Part shown: one piece after another, positions 25,168-35,161 of the stretch | Position numbering within the stretch: position 1 is the stretch's first letter | Layout of the letters: each line of letters opens with the position of its first letter | Notes under the pieces: generated by a model | Databases searched by the model: none | What the model was told of the DNA's origin: nothing | The model's input: only the letters and a program-made list of their open reading frames with translations | Position numbers and translations under genes: made by a program | Virus record (IMG/VR): IMGVR_UViG_3300034107_001363 | Span: 1-64,000 of that record | Source: a virus | Strand: one strand, 5' to 3' | DNA: 64,000 nucleotides

Positions 25168-27474
25168 ATGTCACTTTTCTACGACTCCGAAAAAGCCCTA
25201 GCCGATCTTAAGGGATTGGATGATGATCTGGAGGCCGCAGAAGAGCGGCTGGGTTCGCCAGAAGCGGCCCGGGCCATCTATGACACGCTGAAGGAGGCCG
25301 ACGGAGACAGTTCGTTTAACCGTGGGCTAGTGCAGGGACAAATGAATTTCCTTCCTCCCCACGATGAGAGCGAACTGGAGAACAAGGGGCAGTCGGATCG
25401 CTTTAACATTACCACTGGCGAGGGCCCTGCCATCAAGAACGAGGCAGTGGCTGCCTACATGGACATCTACACCACGCCCCGGATGCTGGTGGACATCCCT
25501 CTTAATCCGTCGATTGACAGGAACTACGCTACCACTTGGGGTCAGGTGATGGCCGAGGAGTTCACCACGATGGACCGTTCCGACGACAGTTCGTTACCAA
25601 CCCACCTCCAGCTGGCAGACACCTACGTTACCCACGGTGTAGCCATCGGTTACTTCGACGATCCGGAAACCATGCAGTTTTCGGTGGCTGGGCTTGACCA
25701 TTTCAAGTTTCCGCGCAAGACCGGCATCGTTTCCTCGAAAGCCGAGTTGGTCACAGCCTTGGGCGAATACAGTGCCAGCCAGCTTTACCGCAAAATCGGC
25801 AACAAGGGATGGGACGAAAACGCAATCCGTAAAGCAATTCGGTCGACTGCTGGCCGCTACCAAAAGGACTGGGATAACTGGGAGCTGATCCAGCGTGAGA
25901 TTAAGAGCAACGAGATGTACATCGATTCGGTTTGCGAACCGATTGAGGTCATTTTCACATGGGTTCAGGAATTCGACGGTAGCTGGTCCTACTATGTCTC
26001 AGCCCGCTCCGGCCTCGACAGCAAGGGGCGCAAGGACGATCAGGAAACCTTCCTATTCAAGTCGCGCAACCACTACGAATCGGCGGACCAGTGCTTCCAG
26101 ATTTTCCCTTTTTCGGTGGGCGACGGCGGGCGACTCTACACCGTGCGTGGCTTGGGCTACCTGATCTACCAGCTTTGCAACGCGATGGACATCATGCACT
26201 GCAAGTTGCTGGACAACGCGCGGGTCGGTTCTTCGCTGCTGGTTCAGCCTGCCACTACAGAGGATGCTCAAGACATGCAGCTCATCGACTTCGGCGGAGG
26301 CATTGCATTACCGCCAACGATGCGGATTCCTGAGCAGCGGGTCGCTCAAAACCTGAACAACTCCCTGATCCCGGCCATCAACGAGTCTCGCCAGATCCTC
26401 AACCGGGCAACCGGCGGGCTGGCGTCCGGCCAGATGATGCTGCAGCCCGAGCAAGACCGCCGGACCAAGTTGGAAGTGTCGTCCCAGCTGGACTACATGA
26501 ACAAGCTGAACAGCTTTGCGATCAACCTGTTCTACGGGCCCTACGACAAGATTATGAGGGAAAAGGTTCGCCGGGCATTCACTGTGCCCCAGAAGGACCG
26601 CGCCGCAGCAAAGAGGGTCAAGGAGATGAAGCAGCGCTGCCTTGAACGGGGAGTTCCTGAACAGGCTTTTTCTTCGATTGATCTCAAGGGCGTCCGGGCT
26701 AGCCGGATCATCGGTACTGGCAGTCGAGCTAGCCGGATTATGCTGATGGACCAGATGCAGCAGATGTACAGCACTTGGGATGCGGTTGGTCGGTCTAATT
26801 TCGAGTTCGACTATTTGGTCGAGCTGGTGGGCCCTGAAAAAGCCGAGCGTTACGCTGGACAGCCGAACCTCAAGCGCGAGACCTACGACGACTCCATTGC
26901 AATGCTAGAAAACTTCCAGTTGCTGGAAGGCGACTACATGGCGCCGAAGGAAGGACAGGACCAAATGGTTCACCTACCGAAACACATCGACGAACTGGAA
27001 GTTGGCCTCAAGGAAGTTGACGAAGGTCAGGTGGATTTGATGCAGTGGACCATCGAGCATGAACCGCTCTACCGTCACTGTGTTGCCACTCTCGAGATCA
27101 CGGTGGTCCACGAGACCGTCCAGCCCGAACTCAACATGTATCGCCAGCGGGTGCAGCAAATCGGCGAGCTGGTAGTCAACGGGATGAAGATGATCAACAA
27201 GGCCCAGCGGGAAGGAAAGTTTGATCCACAGCAAGCTCAAGAAGGCGAAAGCCCGGAACAGGCCAAGTTGAGCGAAGAAATGCGCGCATCCCAACTTAAG
27301 CACAAGCAAGAGATGGAGCAGAACTGGCAGAAGCACATGGCAACGCTTGAGCAGATCAAGCAGACCGGCCAACAGAAGATGGTCATTGAGGCTCAGCGGG
27401 CAATGGGCAAGGTAGCGGAACGGGATGTCGAGGTTCAGGAGCGGATGAACCGCTTGCGTGCCAGCCAGATTTAG
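25168..27474 (+). CDS. Portal protein
   Basis: 768 aa; position after terL; Q-rich C-terminal coiled-coil barrel like P22-type portals. Confidence 0.75.
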   Translation: MSLFYDSEKALADLKGLDDDLEAAEERLGSPEAARAIYDTLKEADGDSSFNRGLVQGQMNFLPPHDESELENKGQSDRFNITTGEGPAIKNEAVAAYMDIYTTPRMLVDIPLNPSIDRNYATTWGQVMAEEFTTMDRSDDSSLPTHLQLADTYVTHGVAIGYFDDPETMQFSVAGLDHFKFPRKTGIVSSKAELVTALGEYSASQLYRKIGNKGWDENAIRKAIRSTAGRYQKDWDNWELIQREIKSNEMYIDSVCEPIEVIFTWVQEFDGSWSYYVSARSGLDSKGRKDDQETFLFKSRNHYESADQCFQIFPFSVGDGGRLYTVRGLGYLIYQLCNAMDIMHCKLLDNARVGSSLLVQPATTEDAQDMQLIDFGGGIALPPTMRIPEQRVAQNLNNSLIPAINESRQILNRATGGLASGQMMLQPEQDRRTKLEVSSQLDYMNKLNSFAINLFYGPYDKIMREKVRRAFTVPQKDRAAAKRVKEMKQRCLERGVPEQAFSSIDLKGVRASRIIGTGSRASRIMLMDQMQQMYSTWDAVGRSNFEFDYLVELVGPEKAERYAGQPNLKRETYDDSIAMLENFQLLEGDYMAPKEGQDQMVHLPKHIDELEVGLKEVDEGQVDLMQWTIEHEPLYRHCVATLEITVVHETVQPELNMYRQRVQQIGELVVNGMKMINKAQREGKFDPQQAQEGESPEQAKLSEEMRASQLKHKQEMEQNWQKHMATLEQIKQTGQQKMVIEAQRAMGKVAERDVEVQERMNRLRASQI

Positions 27475-27489
27475 CCTGGCTAACGATTT

Positions 27490-27741
27490 ATGTCAGTATT
27501 CAGCGACGAAGAGAAACGAGAGTTGGCGCGCCATCTGGAAGCGCCAGTAGTAAAGAAGGCAATCGGAGAAGCCTTGCATACCCTGTGGCGGTCCAAGCGT
27601 GGCCTTGAGACGCTTGAAGCAAGCGCCATGGCGTTCAACTACCACAGTGGGGCCTGCGACGCTTTAGAAGCCCTTTACGGCCTTGCCGAGACGCCAAAGG
27701 ATTTTGCCATCAACCCGAGAAAGCTACGGGCGAACGGCTGA
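27490..27741 (+). CDS. Small conserved head-module protein
   Basis: 83 aa between portal and scaffold. Confidence 0.7.
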   Translation: MSVFSDEEKRELARHLEAPVVKKAIGEALHTLWRSKRGLETLEASAMAFNYHSGACDALEALYGLAETPKDFAINPRKLRANG

Positions 27742-27760
27742 GCACGAAACACCGAATACC

Positions 27761-28975
27761 ATGAGCACTGAAAGCACTGAGACATTGGAAGCAACCAATT
27801 GGGCCGATCCTTCCGGCAAAGGGATGATGGCCGCGATGGAAGACATTTCCTTCACTGACGACTTTGGCGCGCCGTCGATTGCGCCTACTCCGGTCGTAAA
27901 GCCTGCCGTGACGCCCGATCCGGCTCCAAAAACGGCTGAAACCGTCGTGACGCCGGTTGAAATCCCGGAATCGCTAATCGATGAGGACTTTTTTGGCAGC
28001 GAAACCAAAGAGACTCCGGTAGCCGAAACCAAGGTGGATGGCTTCGACGAAAAAGGCTTTGACGCCGAGACTGAAGAGCAGGCAAAAGGCCTTGATGCCA
28101 AGGCGGGCGATAAGTTCAAAGCTTTGCGGGCTGAACTAAAGGAGTTCAAGGCCAAGCCGGTCGAAACCGTATTGCCGGAAGAAACGCGGCTCAAGTTAGA
28201 AACTCTCGAGCTCAAGGCACAGGAAACTGAAGGGCTTAAACAACGGCTGGAGGAAATCAGTTCTCAGTCGGCCAAGTTGAAGATGGAAAACAGCGAGGTC
28301 TACAAGCGTGAAGTGCTAGACCCTGCTGCTGAAACCTTCAAACGTAGTGATGCTTTGGCTGAAATGTATGAGAAAGAGCCAGCTATCCTGCGAGCCATCA
28401 TCAAGGAGCGTGACCGTCGGGTTCAGAACGAGCTGATCAAGGAACACCTTGGCGAGTTCTCCGACTTCGACCGCTCCGAAGTTTATCGTCAGATTCAGGA
28501 CTTCAACGGCTTTGTTGCCAAACGAGAGAGCTTGTTGGCTAATGCCGAGCAGGAACTAGAGCTACAGGAAGTTCAAAGAGCCGAAGCGACTGGCAAGCAA
28601 CTAGCCCAGCAGCGGAATGCGGTGCAGACTATTCAGAAGGAAATCTGGGAGAAGTATAAGGACACTATCCCCGGCTTTCTTGACGACAGCGGCGAGACCA
28701 AGGACTTCCGTGAACTGATGGCCAAAGGACTATCGATCGATTTTTCAACAGCCCGGGCCAAGGATCAGGCTTTTGCCGCATTTGCAGGAACTGCTTTGCC
28801 ATTTGCGGTCAAGCAAATCGCCGTGTTGCGCAAGGAACTTGCTGAAGCGAACAAAACTGCAGGCCGTGAGGTCAAGGGGCGGCCCTCTGCCGGTTCCGTG
28901 ATCAAGGCTGATTCGGCGGAAAGCAACGCTCCGAAGACCTTCATGGAAGCGATGGCAATGGATCTCAGTAGCTAA
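27761..28975 (+). CDS. Capsid scaffolding protein
   Basis: Acidic disordered N-terminus, long coiled coil, immediately before the capsid gene. Confidence 0.7.
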   Translation: MSTESTETLEATNWADPSGKGMMAAMEDISFTDDFGAPSIAPTPVVKPAVTPDPAPKTAETVVTPVEIPESLIDEDFFGSETKETPVAETKVDGFDEKGFDAETEEQAKGLDAKAGDKFKALRAELKEFKAKPVETVLPEETRLKLETLELKAQETEGLKQRLEEISSQSAKLKMENSEVYKREVLDPAAETFKRSDALAEMYEKEPAILRAIIKERDRRVQNELIKEHLGEFSDFDRSEVYRQIQDFNGFVAKRESLLANAEQELELQEVQRAEATGKQLAQQRNAVQTIQKEIWEKYKDTIPGFLDDSGETKDFRELMAKGLSIDFSTARAKDQAFAAFAGTALPFAVKQIAVLRKELAEANKTAGREVKGRPSAGSVIKADSAESNAPKTFMEAMAMDLSS

Positions 28976-29213
28976 TTTTGCGGCTGCCTTCGATTTTGCT
29001 TCACAAGAGCGGACAATCGGGGTTAGAAGACCAACGAACTTGCCGACCGGGCAGGTTCGGAAACTTCTCCCGGTTCGTCCGCTCGGTTCGTCATCCGTTC
29101 TAGCAATTCGTTTCAGAGCCGCTTTCTGCGGGCTCCGTTTTCGCTCGCCCCCATCCGTGAGGGCAAAGAACCGACCAATCTACATTCATACCGCGCCTTA
29201 GCGCACACACACT

Positions 29214-30716
29214 ATGCCCTATACCGTTCAAGACTTCCTCGTGGAGCAATCGCCGATCATTGGAACCGACATCAACCAGAAACTGATGGAGCAGCCCACG
29301 CCGTGGATCTCGCTCTACAAGCAGGAGTTCTGGGATGATGAGAAATCCAACATCCAGAAGACCTTCCAGTTCGACCGTGCCAAATTGGTCGATGCCAACA
29401 ACACCCTTGCTGACGACCTGGTCGACGAAGTGAGTTGGGCCAACGTTGCCAGCACCGTTTCGTTTGACGACAACACGGCGAACCATCAAAGCGGCACCGG
29501 CGACGGTCTGCCTCCTTCCGACACCGTAGAGTTTACCCAGACCCTTCGTAGCTACAATCTGCAGCACAAGGCCATCTGGGGTCCGCCGATGAACACCAAC
29601 CAGCTGCGCGACAAGTTCGAGCGGGTTAAGCAGATGGGCGCCTGTGTCAAGGCTCTAGCTGACCAGTCCCGTGAAATCTGGATTGAACGCAAGCGTGATG
29701 AATACAAGCGCATTGCCTCCAACTTGGTGGTTCTTGACTCTTCGTTCAACCTTGGTGGAACCGACCTCTACGACAAGTTGGCTTTCCCGGCCGCAAGCGC
29801 GACCGATCAGTCGATCCTGACCAACGGCTTCACCGATTCGATCTACGAGTATCTTAATCTCCACGGCGCAGGAATGGGCGCAATGGGCCGCGCTGAAAAC
29901 CGTCCGGTCTACGGGCTGGTCACCAGCTCCCGCCAGTCGCGCCGCCTGATCATGGCCGACCCGGACGTCCGCGAGGACTTCCGTTACTCGAGCCGCAACG
30001 AAAGCCTGCTTGGGCCGATGGGCGTGAAGTGGACTTACAACGGCTTCACCCACATCATCGACGAAAAGCCTGATCGCTGGGAGTTTGTTGCTACCGGTGG
30101 CACCCCGAACATCACTCTTTCGGGCTCTTCTGGGAACAACGTGAACGCTGTCATCACCGCCGCGTTGAGCCCGACCATCAACGGTGCGGTCAGTTCCTCG
30201 ACTTGGCCAGTCTACAAGGGAAGTCAATTCCACATCAACAGCAAGACATATGAGGTAGTTAGCCGCTCGACGGCTTTGGCCTTCGTGCTGAAGACGGTTG
30301 ATGGCACAGCTGCCGAAAACCGGATCGCGAGCAATGCCTTCACTGCATGGCTCAAGGTGCCCCAGTTCGTCACCGCTTCGGTTTCCGGAGTGATGAAGCG
30401 AGTTCCCAATTCCCGCTGGCTTACCGGCACATGGGAAGACTCCTATGTCTTCCACCAAGACGTCTGCTGCTCGCTGGTTCCTCGTCCGATCACTTCGGTC
30501 GGCATGGCCACCTTCCCTGCTGTCAACTACTCCGGCACGTTCAGCTGGAAGAACTACGATAACAAGGCGGATAACCCTGACGGCACGATTGGTCAGTTCC
30601 GTGGCGTTCTGTCGAACGGCACCAAACCTGAAAACCCCGAGTTTGGCATTGTTATCCGCCACCTTGCGGTCCCAACCCCTGATGGCCGCGTGATGAACGG
30701 CAGTTCTCTTGGTTAA
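29214..30716 (+). CDS. Major capsid protein
   Basis: 500 aa; strong codon bias; follows the scaffold and precedes a terminator. Confidence 0.8.
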   Translation: MPYTVQDFLVEQSPIIGTDINQKLMEQPTPWISLYKQEFWDDEKSNIQKTFQFDRAKLVDANNTLADDLVDEVSWANVASTVSFDDNTANHQSGTGDGLPPSDTVEFTQTLRSYNLQHKAIWGPPMNTNQLRDKFERVKQMGACVKALADQSREIWIERKRDEYKRIASNLVVLDSSFNLGGTDLYDKLAFPAASATDQSILTNGFTDSIYEYLNLHGAGMGAMGRAENRPVYGLVTSSRQSRRLIMADPDVREDFRYSSRNESLLGPMGVKWTYNGFTHIIDEKPDRWEFVATGGTPNITLSGSSGNNVNAVITAALSPTINGAVSSSTWPVYKGSQFHINSKTYEVVSRSTALAFVLKTVDGTAAENRIASNAFTAWLKVPQFVTASVSGVMKRVPNSRWLTGTWEDSYVFHQDVCCSLVPRPITSVGMATFPAVNYSGTFSWKNYDNKADNPDGTIGQFRGVLSNGTKPENPEFGIVIRHLAVPTPDGRVMNGSSLG

Positions 30717-30730
30717 TCGGTAGTGCTCAA

Positions 30731-30774
30731 AACCCCGGTTCGGATGCCCATCCGGGCCGGGGTTTTTCTTTTTA
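30731..30774 (+). terminator. Rho-independent terminator
   Basis: CCCCGGTTCGGATG/CATCCGGGCCGGGG followed by a T tract. Confidence 0.85.
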
Positions 30775-30792
30775 CATAGCTTTTTTCTTACT

Positions 30793-31113
30793 ATGAAACC
30801 AATCATTTTAGCTCTTCCAACTTATCGAAACACCCTCGGTAATGCTACGGTCACCAGCGACCTGTCGCGTCGAATCACCCACTTTACCGGTGCAACCGGT
30901 CAAACCCTGACTCTCCCGTCCGCTACCGGAAAACGCAAGGAGTTCATTATTGTCAACACCTCTGTTAACGTCGTGACGATTGCAGGACCAACCGGCAAAT
31001 TGAATGGGATTAATGCCACTTCGACCGCAGTGGTTGCTGGCAATTCTATTACCCTTGCCGCCGCTAGCGTTGGTCACTTCCAAGCAGTTGATGGCAAGTG
31101 GTTCCGCGTGTAA
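30793..31113 (+). CDS. Capsid decoration/fibre-like protein
   Basis: TLTLPSA....FIIVN...W beta-sandwich pattern. Confidence 0.6.
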   Translation: MKPIILALPTYRNTLGNATVTSDLSRRITHFTGATGQTLTLPSATGKRKEFIIVNTSVNVVTIAGPTGKLNGINATSTAVVAGNSITLAAASVGHFQAVDGKWFRV

Positions 31114-31117
31114 CTTA

Positions 31118-31156
31118 GAGGGCTCCTCCCTGCTGAAGGGAGGGGCTTTTCTTTTT
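31118..31156 (+). terminator. Rho-independent terminator
   Basis: GGGCTCCTCCC-loop-GGGAGGGGCTT followed by a T tract. Confidence 0.75.
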
Positions 31157-31178
31157 CCAACTTAGCTAGGCTAAAGCC

Positions 31179-33584
31179 ATGAAAAGCAATCAATCGTTGG
31201 TCCTTGTTGAAGACGGAGTGGTTAAGGGCGCAAGCAAGGGCCATAAAGCTTTTGCTTTTCGAAATGGAGAGCCAACAACGGTTGATTACAAAGGCAATGA
31301 AGTCCCTCTCGTCTCCGGCGACGGCACGGGCATCACGGACGCGGGGGCGTTTCTCCGCGCTGCCCGCGTCAACGGCTTCGGGAGTCTCGTCAATGTCCCC
31401 TCTAAGCTCTGGCGGCTGACGATGGCGCTTTACCGTATGAGCTACACCCCCTCAGGATACAACACGCCGTATCGCGTTCGGGCCGTTGCTTTGGGGGACT
31501 CCGTGGTGTGCGATATTGCAGAAGAGCTTGGCGCTTACTTTGGGATGGGCGGCGGGGACTTGAACTTGCAGCAGTGGGCCAAGCAGGGTGCCGCCGTTCC
31601 AACTGATGCAGTCGGAGGAAATTATGCGGCATGGTCCAATGGCGTTTACAGCCTCTACGACGAGTGGACGCGGACGATAAAAGGTCTGGTAGTGCATCTC
31701 GATCAATCTTTTGCAACCGGGACTTATATCGAGCAACTCAACTACCGCGCACCTCTCGCCACCTTGCAAGTCGGCTACCTTGCCGGGAGTGGCTATGGGA
31801 GTTTCAAGCTGGAGTATAAGATCAATGGTGCAGGGTCATGGATTAGCGCCACTGCCGCCACAATCCTCACCCCGTCAGGAGGGGGGGCGGCGGCGGCTGG
31901 CATTGTGAACTCGGGCGGCGCGGGAACCTCAGCTACCGAGGTTTACGCGATTGCTGCGTTTGCTTTACCCAAGGCCGATGTCTATCACCTGCGGTTGACC
32001 GCTACGGCGGGTCGCGTTCGACTTGTGCATGTCGCCGCGGTTCTCATGGCGAGCGGGCAGGGTGCCGCGGCTGGGCAGGGACAGATTGGCGGAGCCATGG
32101 GTTACGACTTCTCACAAGGAAGCAAGGGCATTGGATCCCACTTCTCGCAATGGTCGCAGGCAGTCCTCAGTTCCGCATTGGGTGTCATCGACCCACAGAT
32201 CATAGTTTACAAGTCACTCAACGAGTGGAGCCTCGCGAACTATCAGACCTACTGGCCGACACTTGCCGCGAAGCTGTTCACGGCTGCCCCGAATGCAACC
32301 CTCGTGGTTTGTGGTTCGCATCCTCGGGGAGCGGCACCGGAAAGCGCCAATGCTGGAGACATCGCGGTGGATGACTACTTGCGGGAATGGTGCGCCACGC
32401 AGAACGGGGCGATTTTCGTGGATGTTCGGCAGTCGTGCCCGCCGCACTTGGTTGCATACAACAGCTCCACCACCTCGACCGATGATCTTTGGTCTGACGG
32501 CGTCCATATGAATGCCGAAGGGGGGCACTTGGCATCTGGCTTTCGTTGGATTCGCGCTCTGGTTTTTGAGCACCTTCGGCCTGCGTTCCAGTCAGCTACG
32601 CTCTCCCGCCCAATGGCGGCAATTAGCACGGTCATGCCCTTTGTCTCGAACGAAATTCGCTTGTTCGACGGGTTGACGCGAGAGGGCACCAATCCGCATT
32701 GGAACAAGTTGATTCTCAGCACGTATCCACGTCTGCGGAGCGAGGTGATGCTGCGTCCGGTGGACAGCACCTACAACTCGGGCATTGGACTGTTTGAAAA
32801 CGATTCGGGATTTGGGGCTCAGTCCAGTTCCGCATCTTCGCCGCGTGGGCTTTATCTCAAGAGCAACGGGCAAGACGCCATTGTTTTCGGGCATAATTCT
32901 AGCGGGCCGTTCCAGGGTTTCTGCGTGGGAGTCTCCGGTGCTTCCGACGGAAACCTGGCACGCGCTGCCAGCGGGTATCGCTTTAAGATCCCGTGGGGCA
33001 TTTACGGGATGAAGAACGGCCTGATTTCGGAGGGGCGTGACGACTCGCCTGCTGATGCTCGACTGCTGGGGGTGGACATCAATGCGACGGAGGCCGCCGC
33101 AGGAACACAACTCTGGAGTTGGTATAACGGTTCGACCTCGACCCGCACGGGAGGTGCTACGACCAACGCAAGCCCCAACATTTCGTTCACGGCGGGAATT
33201 GCTCCTCCGGTTGGAGCATTGGTGACCGGAGCCGGGATTCAGGTCAACACGGTCGTTGTCAGTTCAACGACGACAACGGCAGTCCTGAGTAAGAACGCAA
33301 CGGCGACGGCGTCCGGTCTGACGTTTACCGTCGTCGTACCCTCTACGGTCGTTCACCACGGTCGCGTCGATGACGCGAACGTCACCACGTTCACTTACGA
33401 CGAGCCTACTTCGGTTGCGACGATTCACACCCCGGTATGTTCGACCGCTGGAACCGGCGTCCGCGTCCGATCCGTCGCCGTCGTCGGCAGTTACGCCACC
33501 AAAGCAGCCGGAGAAGCAGCTGTCGAAGTTGGAGAGGTCTTCTACGACGAAGGCACCGGTAAAACCCGCACTCGATTGGTTTAA
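31179..33584 (+). CDS. Tailspike/fibre with an SGNH (GDSL) hydrolase domain
   Basis: VALGDSV block I, N block III (LNEW), DGVH block V; Thr-rich C-terminus. Confidence 0.7.
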   Translation: MKSNQSLVLVEDGVVKGASKGHKAFAFRNGEPTTVDYKGNEVPLVSGDGTGITDAGAFLRAARVNGFGSLVNVPSKLWRLTMALYRMSYTPSGYNTPYRVRAVALGDSVVCDIAEELGAYFGMGGGDLNLQQWAKQGAAVPTDAVGGNYAAWSNGVYSLYDEWTRTIKGLVVHLDQSFATGTYIEQLNYRAPLATLQVGYLAGSGYGSFKLEYKINGAGSWISATAATILTPSGGGAAAAGIVNSGGAGTSATEVYAIAAFALPKADVYHLRLTATAGRVRLVHVAAVLMASGQGAAAGQGQIGGAMGYDFSQGSKGIGSHFSQWSQAVLSSALGVIDPQIIVYKSLNEWSLANYQTYWPTLAAKLFTAAPNATLVVCGSHPRGAAPESANAGDIAVDDYLREWCATQNGAIFVDVRQSCPPHLVAYNSSTTSTDDLWSDGVHMNAEGGHLASGFRWIRALVFEHLRPAFQSATLSRPMAAISTVMPFVSNEIRLFDGLTREGTNPHWNKLILSTYPRLRSEVMLRPVDSTYNSGIGLFENDSGFGAQSSSASSPRGLYLKSNGQDAIVFGHNSSGPFQGFCVGVSGASDGNLARAASGYRFKIPWGIYGMKNGLISEGRDDSPADARLLGVDINATEAAAGTQLWSWYNGSTSTRTGGATTNASPNISFTAGIAPPVGALVTGAGIQVNTVVVSSTTTTAVLSKNATATASGLTFTVVVPSTVVHHGRVDDANVTTFTYDEPTSVATIHTPVCSTAGTGVRVRSVAVVGSYATKAAGEAAVEVGEVFYDEGTGKTRTRLV

Positions 33585-33662
33585 CGCCATGAAGTCCCTC
33601 CTCACCTACGCCTTCCTCGCCGCCTACGTCCTCTGGACGATAGTATTCTGACCCACCCTGCC

Positions 33663-33881
33663 ATGAAAGACAACGCCGTCATCCTCGCCATCCTGCTGGT
33701 CATCAGCGCGTCCATTGGTCCTGCATGGAACCTGACCATTGCCGAACTTGCCGACGCCACCGATACCAGCGCCACCACGATGTTCCAGCCCGAGCTTTTG
33801 ATTTCCGCATGGGGATCGGCCATCGCCGCCATTGCTGGCGGGATCGTGATCTACTTCACCCGCAATCAACCGAAACCGTGA
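33663..33881 (+). CDS. Putative holin (2 TM segments)
   Basis: Two hydrophobic segments and a basic C-terminus. Confidence 0.45.
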   Translation: MKDNAVILAILLVISASIGPAWNLTIAELADATDTSATTMFQPELLISAWGSAIAAIAGGIVIYFTRNQPKP

Positions 33882-34183
33882 GCAAAGACGACCTCTACGA
33901 CGCCGCCCAGCGTGACAGCCCCAACTATGTGGATCTCCCGAAATCATGGCCCGGAATCTTCGCATGGATCACGATCAAGCTTGGCCCTTGGGCCGTCATT
34001 GCCGTGGTCTGCGGATGGGCCACCTCGGTCGTCTACACCCACCAACGTGAGGACCAGCAACTTCTCCTAGCTGCCTACCAAGCCAACATCAGGGCTATGG
34101 ACTCTTTTACCTCGCAGCTTCAAAGTATGCAGGACACGATTGACGAGGCCCATCGCCGTGTAGTTTCTGATTCCCTGAAGTAA
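33878..34183 (+). CDS. Membrane-anchored coiled-coil protein (holin/i-spanin-like)
   Basis: GTG start overlaps the previous stop; TM segment followed by a helical region. Confidence 0.5.
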   Translation: MSKDDLYDAAQRDSPNYVDLPKSWPGIFAWITIKLGPWAVIAVVCGWATSVVYTHQREDQQLLLAAYQANIRAMDSFTSQLQSMQDTIDEAHRRVVSDSLK

Positions 34184-34194
34184 AAATCAACATT

Positions 34195-34341
34195 ATGAAA
34201 GCCATCCTAATCCTCCTTGCTTCCACTCTTGTGCTTGCTTTCACGAGCTGTTCCGTATCCATTTCTCCCGATGGCGCAAAGTCGTTCAGCATTGATGCAG
34301 CACAAGCCACCAAGGCAATTGAACTTCTCAATCAAAAGTGA
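34195..34341 (+). CDS. Small lipoprotein (o-spanin candidate; not in the ORF track)
   Basis: MKAILILLASTLVLAFTS-C lipobox; 48 aa. Confidence 0.6.
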   Translation: MKAILILLASTLVLAFTSCSVSISPDGAKSFSIDAAQATKAIELLNQK

Positions 34342-34344
34342 TCG

Positions 34345-34605
34345 ATGAAAAAGGACTCAAGACTTTCCAGTGCTGGAGTGTCTGGCTACAACAAGCCGAA
34401 GAAGACTCCCAGTCATCCAACTAAAAGCCACGTTGTCGTCGCCAAGTCGGGCGAGCAGGTCAAGACCATCCGCTTTGGCCAGCAGGGCGTCAGTGGCTCC
34501 CCTGATGGCTCCAAGCGCAACGCGGCATTCAAGGCCCGCCACGCAGGCAACATTGCCAAGGGCAAGATGTCAGCGGCTTATTGGGCCGACAAAGTGAAGT
34601 GGTAG
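34345..34605 (+). CDS. Conserved small basic viral protein (IRFGQ...FKARH...SAAYW family)
   Basis: Characteristic motif of a family widespread in aquatic phages. Confidence 0.75.
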   Translation: MKKDSRLSSAGVSGYNKPKKTPSHPTKSHVVVAKSGEQVKTIRFGQQGVSGSPDGSKRNAAFKARHAGNIAKGKMSAAYWADKVKW

Positions 34606-34614
34606 CTTTCTCCT

Positions 34615-34743
34615 ATGAAAAACAAAGCAATGGCCGAATACGGTAACAAGATGGCAGCTGGCAAAATGCCCGCTGGGAAGATGGCTAAGAAAATGGCTCC
34701 ACCAGCCAAGAAGATGGCCAAAAAGATGGGTAAGAAAATGTAA
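34615..34743 (+). CDS. Lys/Met-rich basic micro-protein (42 aa; not in the ORF track)
   Basis: MKNKAMAEYGNKMAAGKMPAGKMAKKMAPPAKKMAKKMGKKM; followed by a terminator. Confidence 0.65.
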   Translation: MKNKAMAEYGNKMAAGKMPAGKMAKKMAPPAKKMAKKMGKKM

Positions 34744-34750
34744 CCTACCG

Positions 34751-34785
34751 GGGGCGCGGTTGTGCAGCCAGCCGCGTCCCTTTTT
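34751..34785 (+). terminator. Rho-independent terminator
   Basis: GGGGCGCGGTTG...CAGCCGCGTCCC followed by TTTTT. Confidence 0.75.
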
Positions 34786-34831
34786 GCTTTATGAATCCGG
34801 GCGTTCCGCCAGTGACTAAAACAAAATCACC

Positions 34832-35161
34832 ATGACTCCCGCCAGCACCCCCCTGCCGATCTACAAAGGCGCCAAGTTTGAACACACGCTGACTTTTTAC
34901 GAAAGCGACAGCGATACGGTGATCAACCTAACTGGGCTTGGCACGTTCTCGGCTGCAATCAGCCACGCGGCAAGGGACGAGGTACTGGTGGTGCCTACCG
35001 TCACTGTTACCAACGCTGCAGGAGGAACAATGGTAATCACCGCCACTCCTGCCCAAACCGACAGCTTAAAACTAGGCACTGTCCGATTCGGATTGCAAGA
35101 TGGCCAAGGTAATCCTTACTTGGCTTCGGTCTGCCCGGTCTTGTTCTTCTCTCACTCTTGA
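34832..35161 (+). CDS. Virion adaptor, BppU/Ig-like
   Basis: L.IYKGA.F...L......INLTG pattern preceding fibre genes. Confidence 0.6.
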   Translation: MTPASTPLPIYKGAKFEHTLTFYESDSDTVINLTGLGTFSAAISHAARDEVLVVPTVTVTNAAGGTMVITATPAQTDSLKLGTVRFGLQDGQGNPYLASVCPVLFFSHS

